From: Ktedonobacterales bacterium
GTDB lineage: Bacteria > Chloroflexota > Ktedonobacteria > Ktedonobacterales > JADMIN01
Direction: 5' to 3'
Length of the DNA stretch: 32,000 nucleotides
Assembly (NCBI GenBank): GCA_030167145.1
Contig: CP126532.1
Coordinates: forward strand, 4,470,001-4,502,000
In this document: piece by piece, positions 6,051-14,350 of the stretch
Layout: every line of letters begins with the position of its first letter
How positions within the stretch are numbered: the stretch's first letter is position 1
Notes under the pieces: generated by a model
Told to the model about the DNA's origin: nothing
What the model saw: only the letters and a program-made list of their open reading frames with translations
The model's database searches: none
Program-made: the position numbers and the translations under genes

Positions 6051-6077
6051 TTCACCCACTTCCTGCCATGATACAAT
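6051..6077 (+). promoter_or_regulatory. Putative hyuA promoter with extended -10 (TGATACAAT) and weak -35 TTCACC
   Basis: TGaTACAAT at 6069-6077. TTCACC at 6051-6056 gives a 15-nt spacer, which is short. The A-tract 19-mer GCGGCGAAAACGGCGAAAA (6030-6048) sits immediately upstream in an UP-element-like position. The hyuA ATG is at 6146. Confidence 0.35.
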
Positions 6078-6145
6078 CGCCGGAGACAACAGATGAAGCG
6101 AGCGTTGGCGCACCTTTTCCCACAGCAGCCCGGAAGGAGCGAGTG

Positions 6146-8113
6146 ATGATCCTGGGAGCAGACATCGGCGGCACCTTCACCGACCTCGTCTGGTGGACCG
6201 GCCAGCAGCTCTTGACCTACAAACTCTCCACCACCCCCGCGCAACCCGAAGACGCCCTACTCACCGGCATCGAACACCTTGGCGCGGCGCGGCCCGATGT
6301 GCTGCTGGTTCACGGCTCCACCATCGCCACCAATGCCTTTCTCGAACGCACGGGCGCGCGCGTGCTGCTCATCACCACCGCTGGCTTCGCCGACGTGCTG
6401 GAAATCGCCCGACAGAACCGCGCCAACATCTACGACGCCCGCGCCCCCAAGCCGCAGCCACTCGTCCCGCGCGAGCTGCGGATAGAGGCGCATGAGCGGC
6501 TCGACGCCGAAGGCAACGCGCTAGAACCGCTGAGCGACGCGGAGATCGCACGAATCGCGCGCACCGTAGCCGAACAACGGCCCGAAGCTATCGCCATCTG
6601 CCTGCTGCATGCCTACGCCAACCCAGCGCATGAGCAACGCCTCAGCGAAGCCTTACGCGCCGCCTCCCCCTTCGTCTACTGCTCCAGCGCCATAGATCCG
6701 GCGTACCGCGAATATGAGCGCATGTGTACCACTGTCCTCAACGCCTACGTCGCGCCGCGCGTCGCGGAATATCTGGAGCGGCTGCGCATGCGCGTCTCCG
6801 GCCCGTTCCGTCTGATCGGCTCCCATGGTGGCCGCGAGACCAGCAATGCGCTGGAACGCCCCGCCAACATGATCCTCTCTGGCCCAGCGGGCGGGGTCAT
6901 GGGCGCGGTTGCCGTGTCCCGCGCGGCGGGCGAAAGCGAGATCATCTCGCTAGACATGGGCGGCACCAGCACCGATGTGGCGCTCATCCCTGGCAGCCCA
7001 CTCATGTCACGCGAGACACTCCTCGAAGGGCTGCCGCTGCGTGCCCCCATGCTCGACATCACCACCATCGGCGCGGGCGGTGGCTCCATCGCGCGCCTAG
7101 ACCGTGGCGGCGCTCTGGTCGTCGGGCCACAATCAGCGGGCGCGATTCCTGGTCCCGCGTGCTATGGGCGCGGCGGCACGCGCTTCACCGTCACCGACGC
7201 GCACCTGCTCCTTGGCCACCTGCTCCCCGAAGCCTTCCTAGGCGGACGGATGACGCTCGATGCCCATGCCGCACGCGCCACCGCTGAGACCGCAAACCTG
7301 GGGCGCACGGATGATGTGCGCGCCTTCGCCAGCGGCGTCATCGCCGTCGCCAATGCCGCGATGGAGCGCGCGATTCGCGGTGTCGCCGCACGCAAGGGCT
7401 ACGATCCCGCCGACTTCACCCTCTTCTGCTTTGGCGGGTCAGGCGGATTGCATGCCATCGAATTGGCACGCGCCCTGGGCATGCGCGGCATCCTCGTCCC
7501 ACGTCTGGCGGGCGTGCTCAGCGCCCTGGGCATGGTCCTCGCCGACACGCTCTGTTCCGCGCGGGCGAGCCTGCTACGCGAATTAGCGGAGATCACCGAA
7601 GCTGAACTGACGGCACGCTTCGCGCAGGTCGCGGCGGAGTGCGAGCAGCGGCTGCTCGCCGATGGCTACTCGCTGGAGCAAATACAGGTGTCGCCTGAGC
7701 TAGAGCTACGCTACCGGGGGCAGTCCTACGAGCTGGCGATACCCTGGCGCGCCAACCGCGAGGCCACGGCGGCGGCATTCCACCGCGAGCACGAACGCCG
7801 CTTCGGCTACGCCGACCGTGAGCGCGCCATCGAGGCGGTCAATATTGCCGTGACGGTACGCGGCGTCAACGCGGGATTCTCGCTGCCAGAGCTTGCCGCA
7901 GGCGAGCCAGCCGCGCCCATGCGAACCGTCGAAGCATGGTTCGGCGAGCAACCGCATGCCACGGAGGTGTATTTGCTGAGCGCGCTCGCCCGCGACCAGC
8001 GCATCACCGGCCCCGCGCTGCTGGCGGGCGACTACACCACCGTGCTACTCCCGCCAGGTACAATTGGTCAGATTGACCGCTTCGGCAACGTGCGCGTGTC
8101 GCTGCGAAACTGA
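6146..8113 (+). CDS. hyuA: Hydantoinase/oxoprolinase family subunit A (N-methylhydantoinase A / HyuA-like, ATP-dependent)
   Basis: ATG at 6146 with GGAAGGAG at 6132-6139. N-terminus MILGADIGGTFTDLVWW is the typical ASKHA-type GxDxGGTFTD motif, with a second DMGGTSTD motif. The track ORF start at 5375 is an artefact of the stop-free repeat region. Confidence 0.9.
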   Translation: MILGADIGGTFTDLVWWTGQQLLTYKLSTTPAQPEDALLTGIEHLGAARPDVLLVHGSTIATNAFLERTGARVLLITTAGFADVLEIARQNRANIYDARAPKPQPLVPRELRIEAHERLDAEGNALEPLSDAEIARIARTVAEQRPEAIAICLLHAYANPAHEQRLSEALRAASPFVYCSSAIDPAYREYERMCTTVLNAYVAPRVAEYLERLRMRVSGPFRLIGSHGGRETSNALERPANMILSGPAGGVMGAVAVSRAAGESEIISLDMGGTSTDVALIPGSPLMSRETLLEGLPLRAPMLDITTIGAGGGSIARLDRGGALVVGPQSAGAIPGPACYGRGGTRFTVTDAHLLLGHLLPEAFLGGRMTLDAHAARATAETANLGRTDDVRAFASGVIAVANAAMERAIRGVAARKGYDPADFTLFCFGGSGGLHAIELARALGMRGILVPRLAGVLSALGMVLADTLCSARASLLRELAEITEAELTARFAQVAAECEQRLLADGYSLEQIQVSPELELRYRGQSYELAIPWRANREATAAAFHREHERRFGYADRERAIEAVNIAVTVRGVNAGFSLPELAAGEPAAPMRTVEAWFGEQPHATEVYLLSALARDQRITGPALLAGDYTTVLLPPGTIGQIDRFGNVRVSLRN

Positions 8114-8299
8114 AGCGCTGGCCAGTTCGTACTCGCTTTGCCCTGGTGCGCAGAGCACTTGAACGTAACGAGCCGCCAGTGTTGCACCAGAGGACTATAC
8201 TCGGCTGTGAGGTAGTCAGCGCCGCCCGGCGGCATTGGGCCACGGGGGCAAATATCGCGCTGGCGCCAGGCCGCCTGCGGGCAGCATAGGGAGGATTGC

Positions 8300-8914
8300 G
8301 TGGAAGCGGAAGACGCTGTTGAAAACGCGAAGCGGGAGCCGGGTCGAAATACGCCATTGACCTGGCTCCTGGAGCGGTTCGATACCCTGGTATACCTTCT
8401 CGTTGGTCTCTGTTTCTGTCTGGCGGCGGTGCTCTCGCTGGCCTATGGCATCTTTGCCGTCATCAGCCAAATCTCCTCGCAGATCTTCAAAGGGCCGGGC
8501 ATCTCCTTCGGCGCGCTGATAGATAAAGGCGCGGGCGCGCAAGACATCATCGCGCTGGTAAGCGACCTGCTCCTCACGCTGATTATCATGGAGGTGCTGG
8601 GCACCGTCGTCCATCATCTGCGCGAACGCGAAACCACACTCAAGCCATTTCTCTTCATCGGAATTATTTCCGCGACGCGAGGTATCCTGGCGGTGGGCGC
8701 CCGGCTCTCGGTCAGCACCGGCGGCGCGGCCACCGACCCCGACTTCCAGCGCGATATGATCGAACTGGCCGTCAACGCGGCGGTGATCATCGCCCTGGGC
8801 GTGGCGATGAAGCTCATCGGCGATTACCTCGACGATGGCACCAACTCGCGCCGGTTCCCGAAAACCAAAGCCGTCACTATCGCACCAGCCAGTGACGAAA
8901 CGCCCAAGCAGTAG
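8300..8914 (+). CDS. PsiE-like (phosphate-starvation-inducible E family) small membrane protein
   Basis: GTG at 8300 with GGGAGGA at 8289-8295. Four hydrophobic helices. The central segment LLLTLIIMEVLGTVVHHLRERETTLKPFLFIGIISATRGIL resembles the PsiE family core (compare E. coli PsiE FLYFEFIALIVKYF...PLRYFVYIGITAIVRLII). Confidence 0.7.
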   Translation: MEAEDAVENAKREPGRNTPLTWLLERFDTLVYLLVGLCFCLAAVLSLAYGIFAVISQISSQIFKGPGISFGALIDKGAGAQDIIALVSDLLLTLIIMEVLGTVVHHLRERETTLKPFLFIGIISATRGILAVGARLSVSTGGAATDPDFQRDMIELAVNAAVIIALGVAMKLIGDYLDDGTNSRRFPKTKAVTIAPASDETPKQ

Positions 8915-8957
8915 CGGCAACGACACGCAAACCAGAGAGCGAATTTGGAGCAAGCGC

Positions 8958-10592
8958 ATGAGCGAAACGGACATCAATCCGGCCCGGCTGGAAGTCTTCA
9001 AGCAGCTCTTCCAATCGGTGGCGGAAGAGATGGGCGAGGCGCTGATGCGCACCGGCTACAGCCCCAACATCAAAGAGCGGCGCGACTACTCCTGCGCGCT
9101 CTTCGATGCTGCTGGCGAGACGCTGGCCCAAGCGGAGCACCTGCCTGTGCATCTCGGCTCCATGCCGCGGAGCGTCCGCGCCGCACTCGACGCCTACCAT
9201 CTCGCTCCCGGCGACATGGTGATGCTCAACGATCCCTATGCAGGCGGCACGCACTTGCCGGATGTCACGCTCGTCGCGCCGGTCTATGCGGCTGGCCGCG
9301 ACACCCCCGCGTTCTATGTCGCCAACCGCGCGCATCACGCCGATGTCGGCGGCATTGCGCCGGGCAGCCTCAGTCTCGCCAGCGAGATCTATCAGGAAGG
9401 CATCATCCTGCCGCCGGTGAAGATCTGCCGCGCTGGCGAGCTAGACGCCGATCTGCTGCGCGTCTTCCTGCGCAACGTGCGAACGCCCGACGAGCGCCGT
9501 GGCGACCTGCTGGCACAGATCGCCGCCAATCGCACCGGCATCACCCGCATGGAGGGCTTCCTTGCCCGCTACGGCCTGGACGAACTGACACGCTATGGCA
9601 GTGCTCTACAAGACTACGCCGAGCGTGTCATCCGCGCGCTGCTCACGGAGATACCGGATGGTGAAATCTATGCCCACGATGTGCTGGATGACGATGGCAT
9701 GGGCACGCGCGATGTCGCTATCACGCTGACACTGCGCATCATGGGCGACCACGCCACGTTTGACTTCACCGGCTCAGCGCCACAGGTGCATGGCAGCCTC
9801 AACGCCGTGGAAGCCATCACGCTGAGCGCAGTCATCTATGCCCTGCGGCTCGCCGTCCGCGAGGACGTGCCGGTCAACGCCGGCACCTTTCGCCCCATCA
9901 CGCTGATCGCACCGGAAGGGACCATCGTGCATGCGCTACCCCCTGCCGCCGTTGCCGGCGGGAATGTTGAGACCAGCCAGCGTATCGTAGATGTCGCGCT
10001 CGCGGCGCTGGCCCAGGCGCTGCCGGACCGCATCCCCGCCGCCAGCCAGGGCACGATGAACAACGTCACCTTCGGCTCGGCAAACGGCTCGCGCTATACC
10101 TACTACGAGACGATTGGCGGCGGCTCTGGCGCTGGCCCTGGCTGGCACGGCACCTCCGGCGTGCAGGTCCACATGACCAACACGCTCAATACCCCCATCG
10201 AAGCCGTAGAGCGCAGCGCGCCGGTGCGTATCGAACGCTACACGCTGCGGCGCGGCTCTGGCGGCGCGGGCCGCTATCAAGGGGGTGAGGGCATTGCGCG
10301 CTCCTATACCTTCCTCGAAGCGACCGAGGTGAGCATGCTGAGCGAGCGCCGCACACACAGCCCATATGGCCTGGCTGGTGGCGTGCCCGGCACACCAGGC
10401 GCGAACCTGCTGCGGATGCCCGACGGCGCTGAAGAGACGCTCCCTGGCAAGTTTCGCCGCACTGTGCCCGCCGGTTCCACGCTCACCATCCTCACGCCGG
10501 GTGGCGGCGGTTGGGGAGCAGCCGGAACCGATGCTCACAGCGTCGAGGCTGGGTCCACATCCACGGACCAACCGAAAGGCAGTTCTTCTTGA
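8958..10592 (+). CDS. hyuB: Hydantoinase/oxoprolinase family subunit B (HyuB-like)
   Basis: ATG at 8958 with TGGAG at 8946-8950. Sequence from the N-terminus onward, MSETDINPARLEVFKQLFQSVAEEMGEALMRTGYSPNIKERRDYSCALFD...HLGSMP...NDPYAGGTHLPD, is characteristic of hydantoinase B/oxoprolinase. The upstream part of track ORF 8835.. overlaps the psiE-like gene end. Confidence 0.9.
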   Translation: MSETDINPARLEVFKQLFQSVAEEMGEALMRTGYSPNIKERRDYSCALFDAAGETLAQAEHLPVHLGSMPRSVRAALDAYHLAPGDMVMLNDPYAGGTHLPDVTLVAPVYAAGRDTPAFYVANRAHHADVGGIAPGSLSLASEIYQEGIILPPVKICRAGELDADLLRVFLRNVRTPDERRGDLLAQIAANRTGITRMEGFLARYGLDELTRYGSALQDYAERVIRALLTEIPDGEIYAHDVLDDDGMGTRDVAITLTLRIMGDHATFDFTGSAPQVHGSLNAVEAITLSAVIYALRLAVREDVPVNAGTFRPITLIAPEGTIVHALPPAAVAGGNVETSQRIVDVALAALAQALPDRIPAASQGTMNNVTFGSANGSRYTYYETIGGGSGAGPGWHGTSGVQVHMTNTLNTPIEAVERSAPVRIERYTLRRGSGGAGRYQGGEGIARSYTFLEATEVSMLSERRTHSPYGLAGGVPGTPGANLLRMPDGAEETLPGKFRRTVPAGSTLTILTPGGGGWGAAGTDAHSVEAGSTSTDQPKGSSS

Positions 10593-13162
10593 TGCAGGGC
10601 GCGCAGCAACGGCCGTGGATCAGGCGAACGCAAGATAAGCTGCCAGCGGTAGCGCCGCCGCAGTCGTTCGAGAAAGGCAGGCGCGGGACCGACGAGATCC
10701 GTATCAGCAATGCCAAGCGTACGAATCAGCTCGTCCATCCGGTTGGCGAGGTCCATCGCTTCGACCTGCGCGGTATAGCGGTCGGTATGCTCGAACGTGT
10801 ATTTCACGAAGCGTCGGAAAGGCGGATAGCTGTAGCGTGCCCGCGCCGCAATTTCCGCCGCATAGAACTGTGCGTAGTCGTGGCGCGCCGCCGCTTGCAG
10901 CGTGAAATGCTCCGGGTTGAAGGTCTGCACCAGCACCTGTCCTGGCAGGTCGCCGCGCCCCGCGCGCCCCGCAACCTGGGTCAGCAGTTGAAATGCCCGC
11001 TCCGATGCGCGGAAGTCGGGCAGGAACAGCGCGACATCCGCCGAGACCACGCCCACCAGCGTCACGCCGGGCAGGTCAAGCCCCTTGGCAATCATCTGTG
11101 TGCCGACCAGTACATCGGCGCGCCGCTCAGCGAAGGCGCGCAGCAGTTCTTCGTGCGCCTGGCGCGTGCGGGCGGTATCGCGGTCCCAGCGCAGCACCCG
11201 CGCGCCGGGGAACTGCCGCTTCACCGCCGTCTCCACCCGCTCCGTGCCCAGGCCGAAATAGCGGATGCTGGCGCTCCAACAATTGGGGCAGGTCGTCGGC
11301 GACGGCTCACGTTTGCCGCAGTAGTGGCAGATCAGCGCGCGCTCCGGCGCATGATACGTCATCGAGACATCGCAGTGCGGGCAGCGCGCCACATAGCCAC
11401 ACTCGCGGCAGACCACGCTGCTGGCCGTCCCCCGGCGGTTGAGGAACAATATCGCCTGCTCACCGCGATCAATCGTCTCATGCAGAGCGGTGCGCAGCGC
11501 GTCGCTGAGGATGCTGGTGTTGCCGTTGCGCAGCTCCGCCCGCAGGTCCACCAGCGCGACGGATGGCAAGGCCGCGAGCGCAGCGCCCGCACCTGCTGGG
11601 GCACGCTCGCGCAGTTCGATGAGTGTGTATGTACTCTGGCTCGCCAGCCAATAGGTTTCGACCGATGGGGTGGCGCTGCCCAGGACGACTGCCGCGCCCG
11701 TAAGCGCGCCCAGGCGCATGGCGGCGTCACGCGCATGGTAGGAGGGCATGCGCTCCTGCTTATATGCGGCCTCATGCTCCTCATCTACGATGATGATGCC
11801 CAGGCGGTCCACCGGCGAGAAGAGCGCCGACCGCGAACCGACGACCACATCCACTGCCCCCGACCGGATACGCCGCCACTCGCTCAACCGCTCGGCTGGG
11901 GTCAACTCACTATGCAGCAGCGCCACCCGCCCCGGAAAGCGCCCGGCAAAGCGCGCCATAGCCTGCGGAGTCAGCGCAATTTCCGGCACGAGGACGATGC
12001 CGCGCAGCCCCCGCGCCAGCGTTGCCGCCAGCGCTTGCAGGTATACCTCAGTCTTGCCGCTGCCAGTGATGCCATGCAACAGGAAGACAGCCGGCTCGTG
12101 TGGGGTAGCATCAGCAGCGTCGCTGGTGGGCAGCGCGTTGCGGATCGTCGCCAGTGCCGCCGCCTGCGCCGGTGTCAGCGGCAACGGCTCACTGCGCGCG
12201 GGCGGACGACCAGCGAGCGGATCGTGCCGCACTTCGACCTCTGCCAGCGCGAGGAGTCCCCCCGTTGCCAGTTCGTTGAGGGCGCTGGCGCTGGCGCGGG
12301 TAAGGCGTCGCAGGTCTTCGAGCCGCCAGCCGTTCCGCACCGAATCCGCGTCACTGTCGCCACTGCTGCGCGCCAGCGCGTCCACCACAGCAAGTTGGCG
12401 CAAGAGCCGCTCGGCACGGCGCTCGTCAGGCGTGGCTTTCTGCCACGAAGGGCGCTTCAACGGCACGTGCGGCAGCGTATCCAGTTCGGCACGGGTCTGC
12501 GTGCGCCACTCGTCCAACTGTTCCGGTGCGGCGATCAAACGGACGGTACGCTCACGGCGGCCATGCAGCGGGGATCCGGAAATCTCCAACTCCAAAAGAA
12601 TACACCTGGCGGCGAGCAGTTCATCTATCACCGTCTGCGCGCGCGTGTGGCCCAGCGCCTCTTCGACGAACCCGCGCCCCAGCCAGTCCCGCTCGCGCAG
12701 CAGCGCCAGTATGGCGGCGCTATCCGCGCTCAGCGCTGGTGCAGGGCTGTCACGGCTGTCAGGTGTTTCCGCGCATGGCGCCATGCGCAGCACCACGCGC
12801 ATACTGCTCAGCAGTCCCGGTGGGAGCATCAGTCGGGCCGTGGCGCTCAGGGGTGCGGCATACTGGCTGGCAAGCCAGTCGGCGAGCGCGCGCTGATGCG
12901 CCGAGAGCAGTGGCTCAGAAAACAGGATACGGGCGATTCGGCGCAAAGCGGGGCTGTCGCTATCTGGCAGCGTGGTTGTTGCTTCGTCGCTCGCATCCAG
13001 CGCCCAAACGATGCCAGGTACGATGCGCGCGCCGAACGGCACGGCGACGAGTTGCCCCGGCGCAATGGCGCCGCGCAACGGCTCAGGTGTCACGTAGGTG
13101 TGGAGGCTCTGCCGCACGGGAAACCGAGCCGTGGAACGAAGGACCAGTACCTCAGCCCGCAT
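10535..13162 (-). CDS. priA: Primosomal protein N' (replication restart helicase PriA)
   Basis: Walker A LHGITGSGKTEVY, Walker B IIVDEEHE, and a Cys4-type zinc region CRECGYVARCPHCDVSMTYH...CHYCG...CPNCWS. ATG at 13162 has GGAGGAG 9 nt upstream. The track uses GTG at 13180. The antisense 911-aa ORF is a shadow. Confidence 0.92.
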   Translation of the reverse strand: MRAEVLVLRSTARFPVRQSLHTYVTPEPLRGAIAPGQLVAVPFGARIVPGIVWALDASDEATTTLPDSDSPALRRIARILFSEPLLSAHQRALADWLASQYAAPLSATARLMLPPGLLSSMRVVLRMAPCAETPDSRDSPAPALSADSAAILALLRERDWLGRGFVEEALGHTRAQTVIDELLAARCILLELEISGSPLHGRRERTVRLIAAPEQLDEWRTQTRAELDTLPHVPLKRPSWQKATPDERRAERLLRQLAVVDALARSSGDSDADSVRNGWRLEDLRRLTRASASALNELATGGLLALAEVEVRHDPLAGRPPARSEPLPLTPAQAAALATIRNALPTSDAADATPHEPAVFLLHGITGSGKTEVYLQALAATLARGLRGIVLVPEIALTPQAMARFAGRFPGRVALLHSELTPAERLSEWRRIRSGAVDVVVGSRSALFSPVDRLGIIIVDEEHEAAYKQERMPSYHARDAAMRLGALTGAAVVLGSATPSVETYWLASQSTYTLIELRERAPAGAGAALAALPSVALVDLRAELRNGNTSILSDALRTALHETIDRGEQAILFLNRRGTASSVVCRECGYVARCPHCDVSMTYHAPERALICHYCGKREPSPTTCPNCWSASIRYFGLGTERVETAVKRQFPGARVLRWDRDTARTRQAHEELLRAFAERRADVLVGTQMIAKGLDLPGVTLVGVVSADVALFLPDFRASERAFQLLTQVAGRAGRGDLPGQVLVQTFNPEHFTLQAAARHDYAQFYAAEIAARARYSYPPFRRFVKYTFEHTDRYTAQVEAMDLANRMDELIRTLGIADTDLVGPAPAFLERLRRRYRWQLILRSPDPRPLLRALHQEELPFGWSVDVDPASTL

Positions 13163-13258
13163 GCGCTCGCTCTCCTCCACATCACCTCGCGCCGCTCGCG
13201 CGCCATTGCTGCATTATCGCAGGGAGCGGTAGGGGGAGACAACTGAGGCTGACCTGGC

Positions 13259-14227
13259 TTAGCGCGAACCGAAACGGCTGCTAACTACGTCCATGCGCTC
13301 AATGTGAGAGCGCTCAAGTGGCTTGGCAAGCGGGGCGGTCGGCGTGGAAGGAATGCTTGCCGCATCAGCCAGCATGCTCACAATGTCGCGCGGCGCTTCG
13401 CGATAGCCTTCGCGCCAGGCGGCGAGTTCTGCGCCGACCACCACGAAAAGCGCATAGGCGAAGAAGAAGACGATCAGCACCAGCCCGAAGCCCGCGATGC
13501 TGCCGAAATGGTCAGGATGCAGAATCGTATGCGCGTAGAGCGGAAAAATCAGCAGATAGAGCTGGGCGAGGCAGGCGCCGGCCAGCGCCCCTGGCCAGGC
13601 CGAACGGAATGACACTCGGCCCGGCGTCAGCCGCATGTACGCCACCAGCAGCAAGATGAAGTTCGCCGCGAGACTGGTCCCGAAGCTGAGCAGGGCTATG
13701 CGCGGATCGTCCCCGTAATGCGCCCGGTGAATCGCTCCGGTTGTTGTGGTTGTACTCGTGGCGGCTGGCAAGCCGAAATGGGGGACGATAGTGGTCGAGA
13801 GCACGATGATCGGCATCAAGACGGCGACGAGCAGCAGCATCGCCAGTGCCGCGCGGTTCTGCCGCAACAAAGGGCGCTGCCTGCGGCGGAAGATCACGCA
13901 GAGCACACTCTCAGCCACGACGAAGAAGCGCGTGCCGTACCAGAGCGTGATAGGCACACCAATGAGCAGAATCCAGCCAGGAGTAGTCCGGAGGCTGTGC
14001 TCGAATGACGAGGTTGCGGTGACAGTGATGTGGTCGGGGAGAAAGCGCAGCATCTGCCCCTCAAACGCCTGTTCCGATCCGGGCGCGAGCAGGCGCAACA
14101 CCAGTGCCAGCACGATCAGTTGCAGGCCAGCCACGGCAAAGATCATCTGAATACAGGCATATCCCAGCAGCCGCGCGAGGTTCCAGCCCCAGTCGCGGTC
14201 GAACTTACGCCAGAAACCGCGCACCAT
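13259..14227 (-). CDS. YihY/BrkB (virulence factor BrkB / RNase BN-like) family membrane protein
   Basis: Six hydrophobic helices. N-terminal FWRKFDRDWGWNLARLLGYACIQMIFAV and C-terminal FGSIAGFGLVLIVFFFAYALFVVVGAELAAW match the YihY family pattern. Confidence 0.75.
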   Translation of the reverse strand: MVRGFWRKFDRDWGWNLARLLGYACIQMIFAVAGLQLIVLALVLRLLAPGSEQAFEGQMLRFLPDHITVTATSSFEHSLRTTPGWILLIGVPITLWYGTRFFVVAESVLCVIFRRRQRPLLRQNRAALAMLLLVAVLMPIIVLSTTIVPHFGLPAATSTTTTTGAIHRAHYGDDPRIALLSFGTSLAANFILLLVAYMRLTPGRVSFRSAWPGALAGACLAQLYLLIFPLYAHTILHPDHFGSIAGFGLVLIVFFFAYALFVVVGAELAAWREGYREAPRDIVSMLADAASIPSTPTAPLAKPLERSHIERMDVVSSRFGSR

Positions 14228-14350
14228 AGACGCTGATCCTCCCGTACTCCCATCGCATCGGTTAGTTCCGCTAGCATAGCGTATTGGCAGCGCGGACGGA
14301 AGTATCTGGTGTAAACTCTGGGTAAACTCTCAGCTTTCGGAGCCGCGACT

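Noticed and set aside
5050-6113. ORFs through the repeat block: 5050..6096, 5223..6071 and the N-terminal extension of 5375..8113 on the + strand, plus Cys-rich minus-strand ORFs 5186..5518 and 5787..6113 that contain SCRCCRF and CGRCGRCGR peptides (considered as possible RiPP-like or metal-binding peptides).
   Set aside because: Exact repeat copies fall in different reading phases (22-mer starts are in phases 1, 2, 0, 2, 2 mod 3). The 11- and 34-bp units break frame, so the same DNA repeat encodes SCRCCRF in some copies and VADAADF in another. No RBS is evident and the composition is unlike the window's real genes. Conservation is therefore at nucleotide level.
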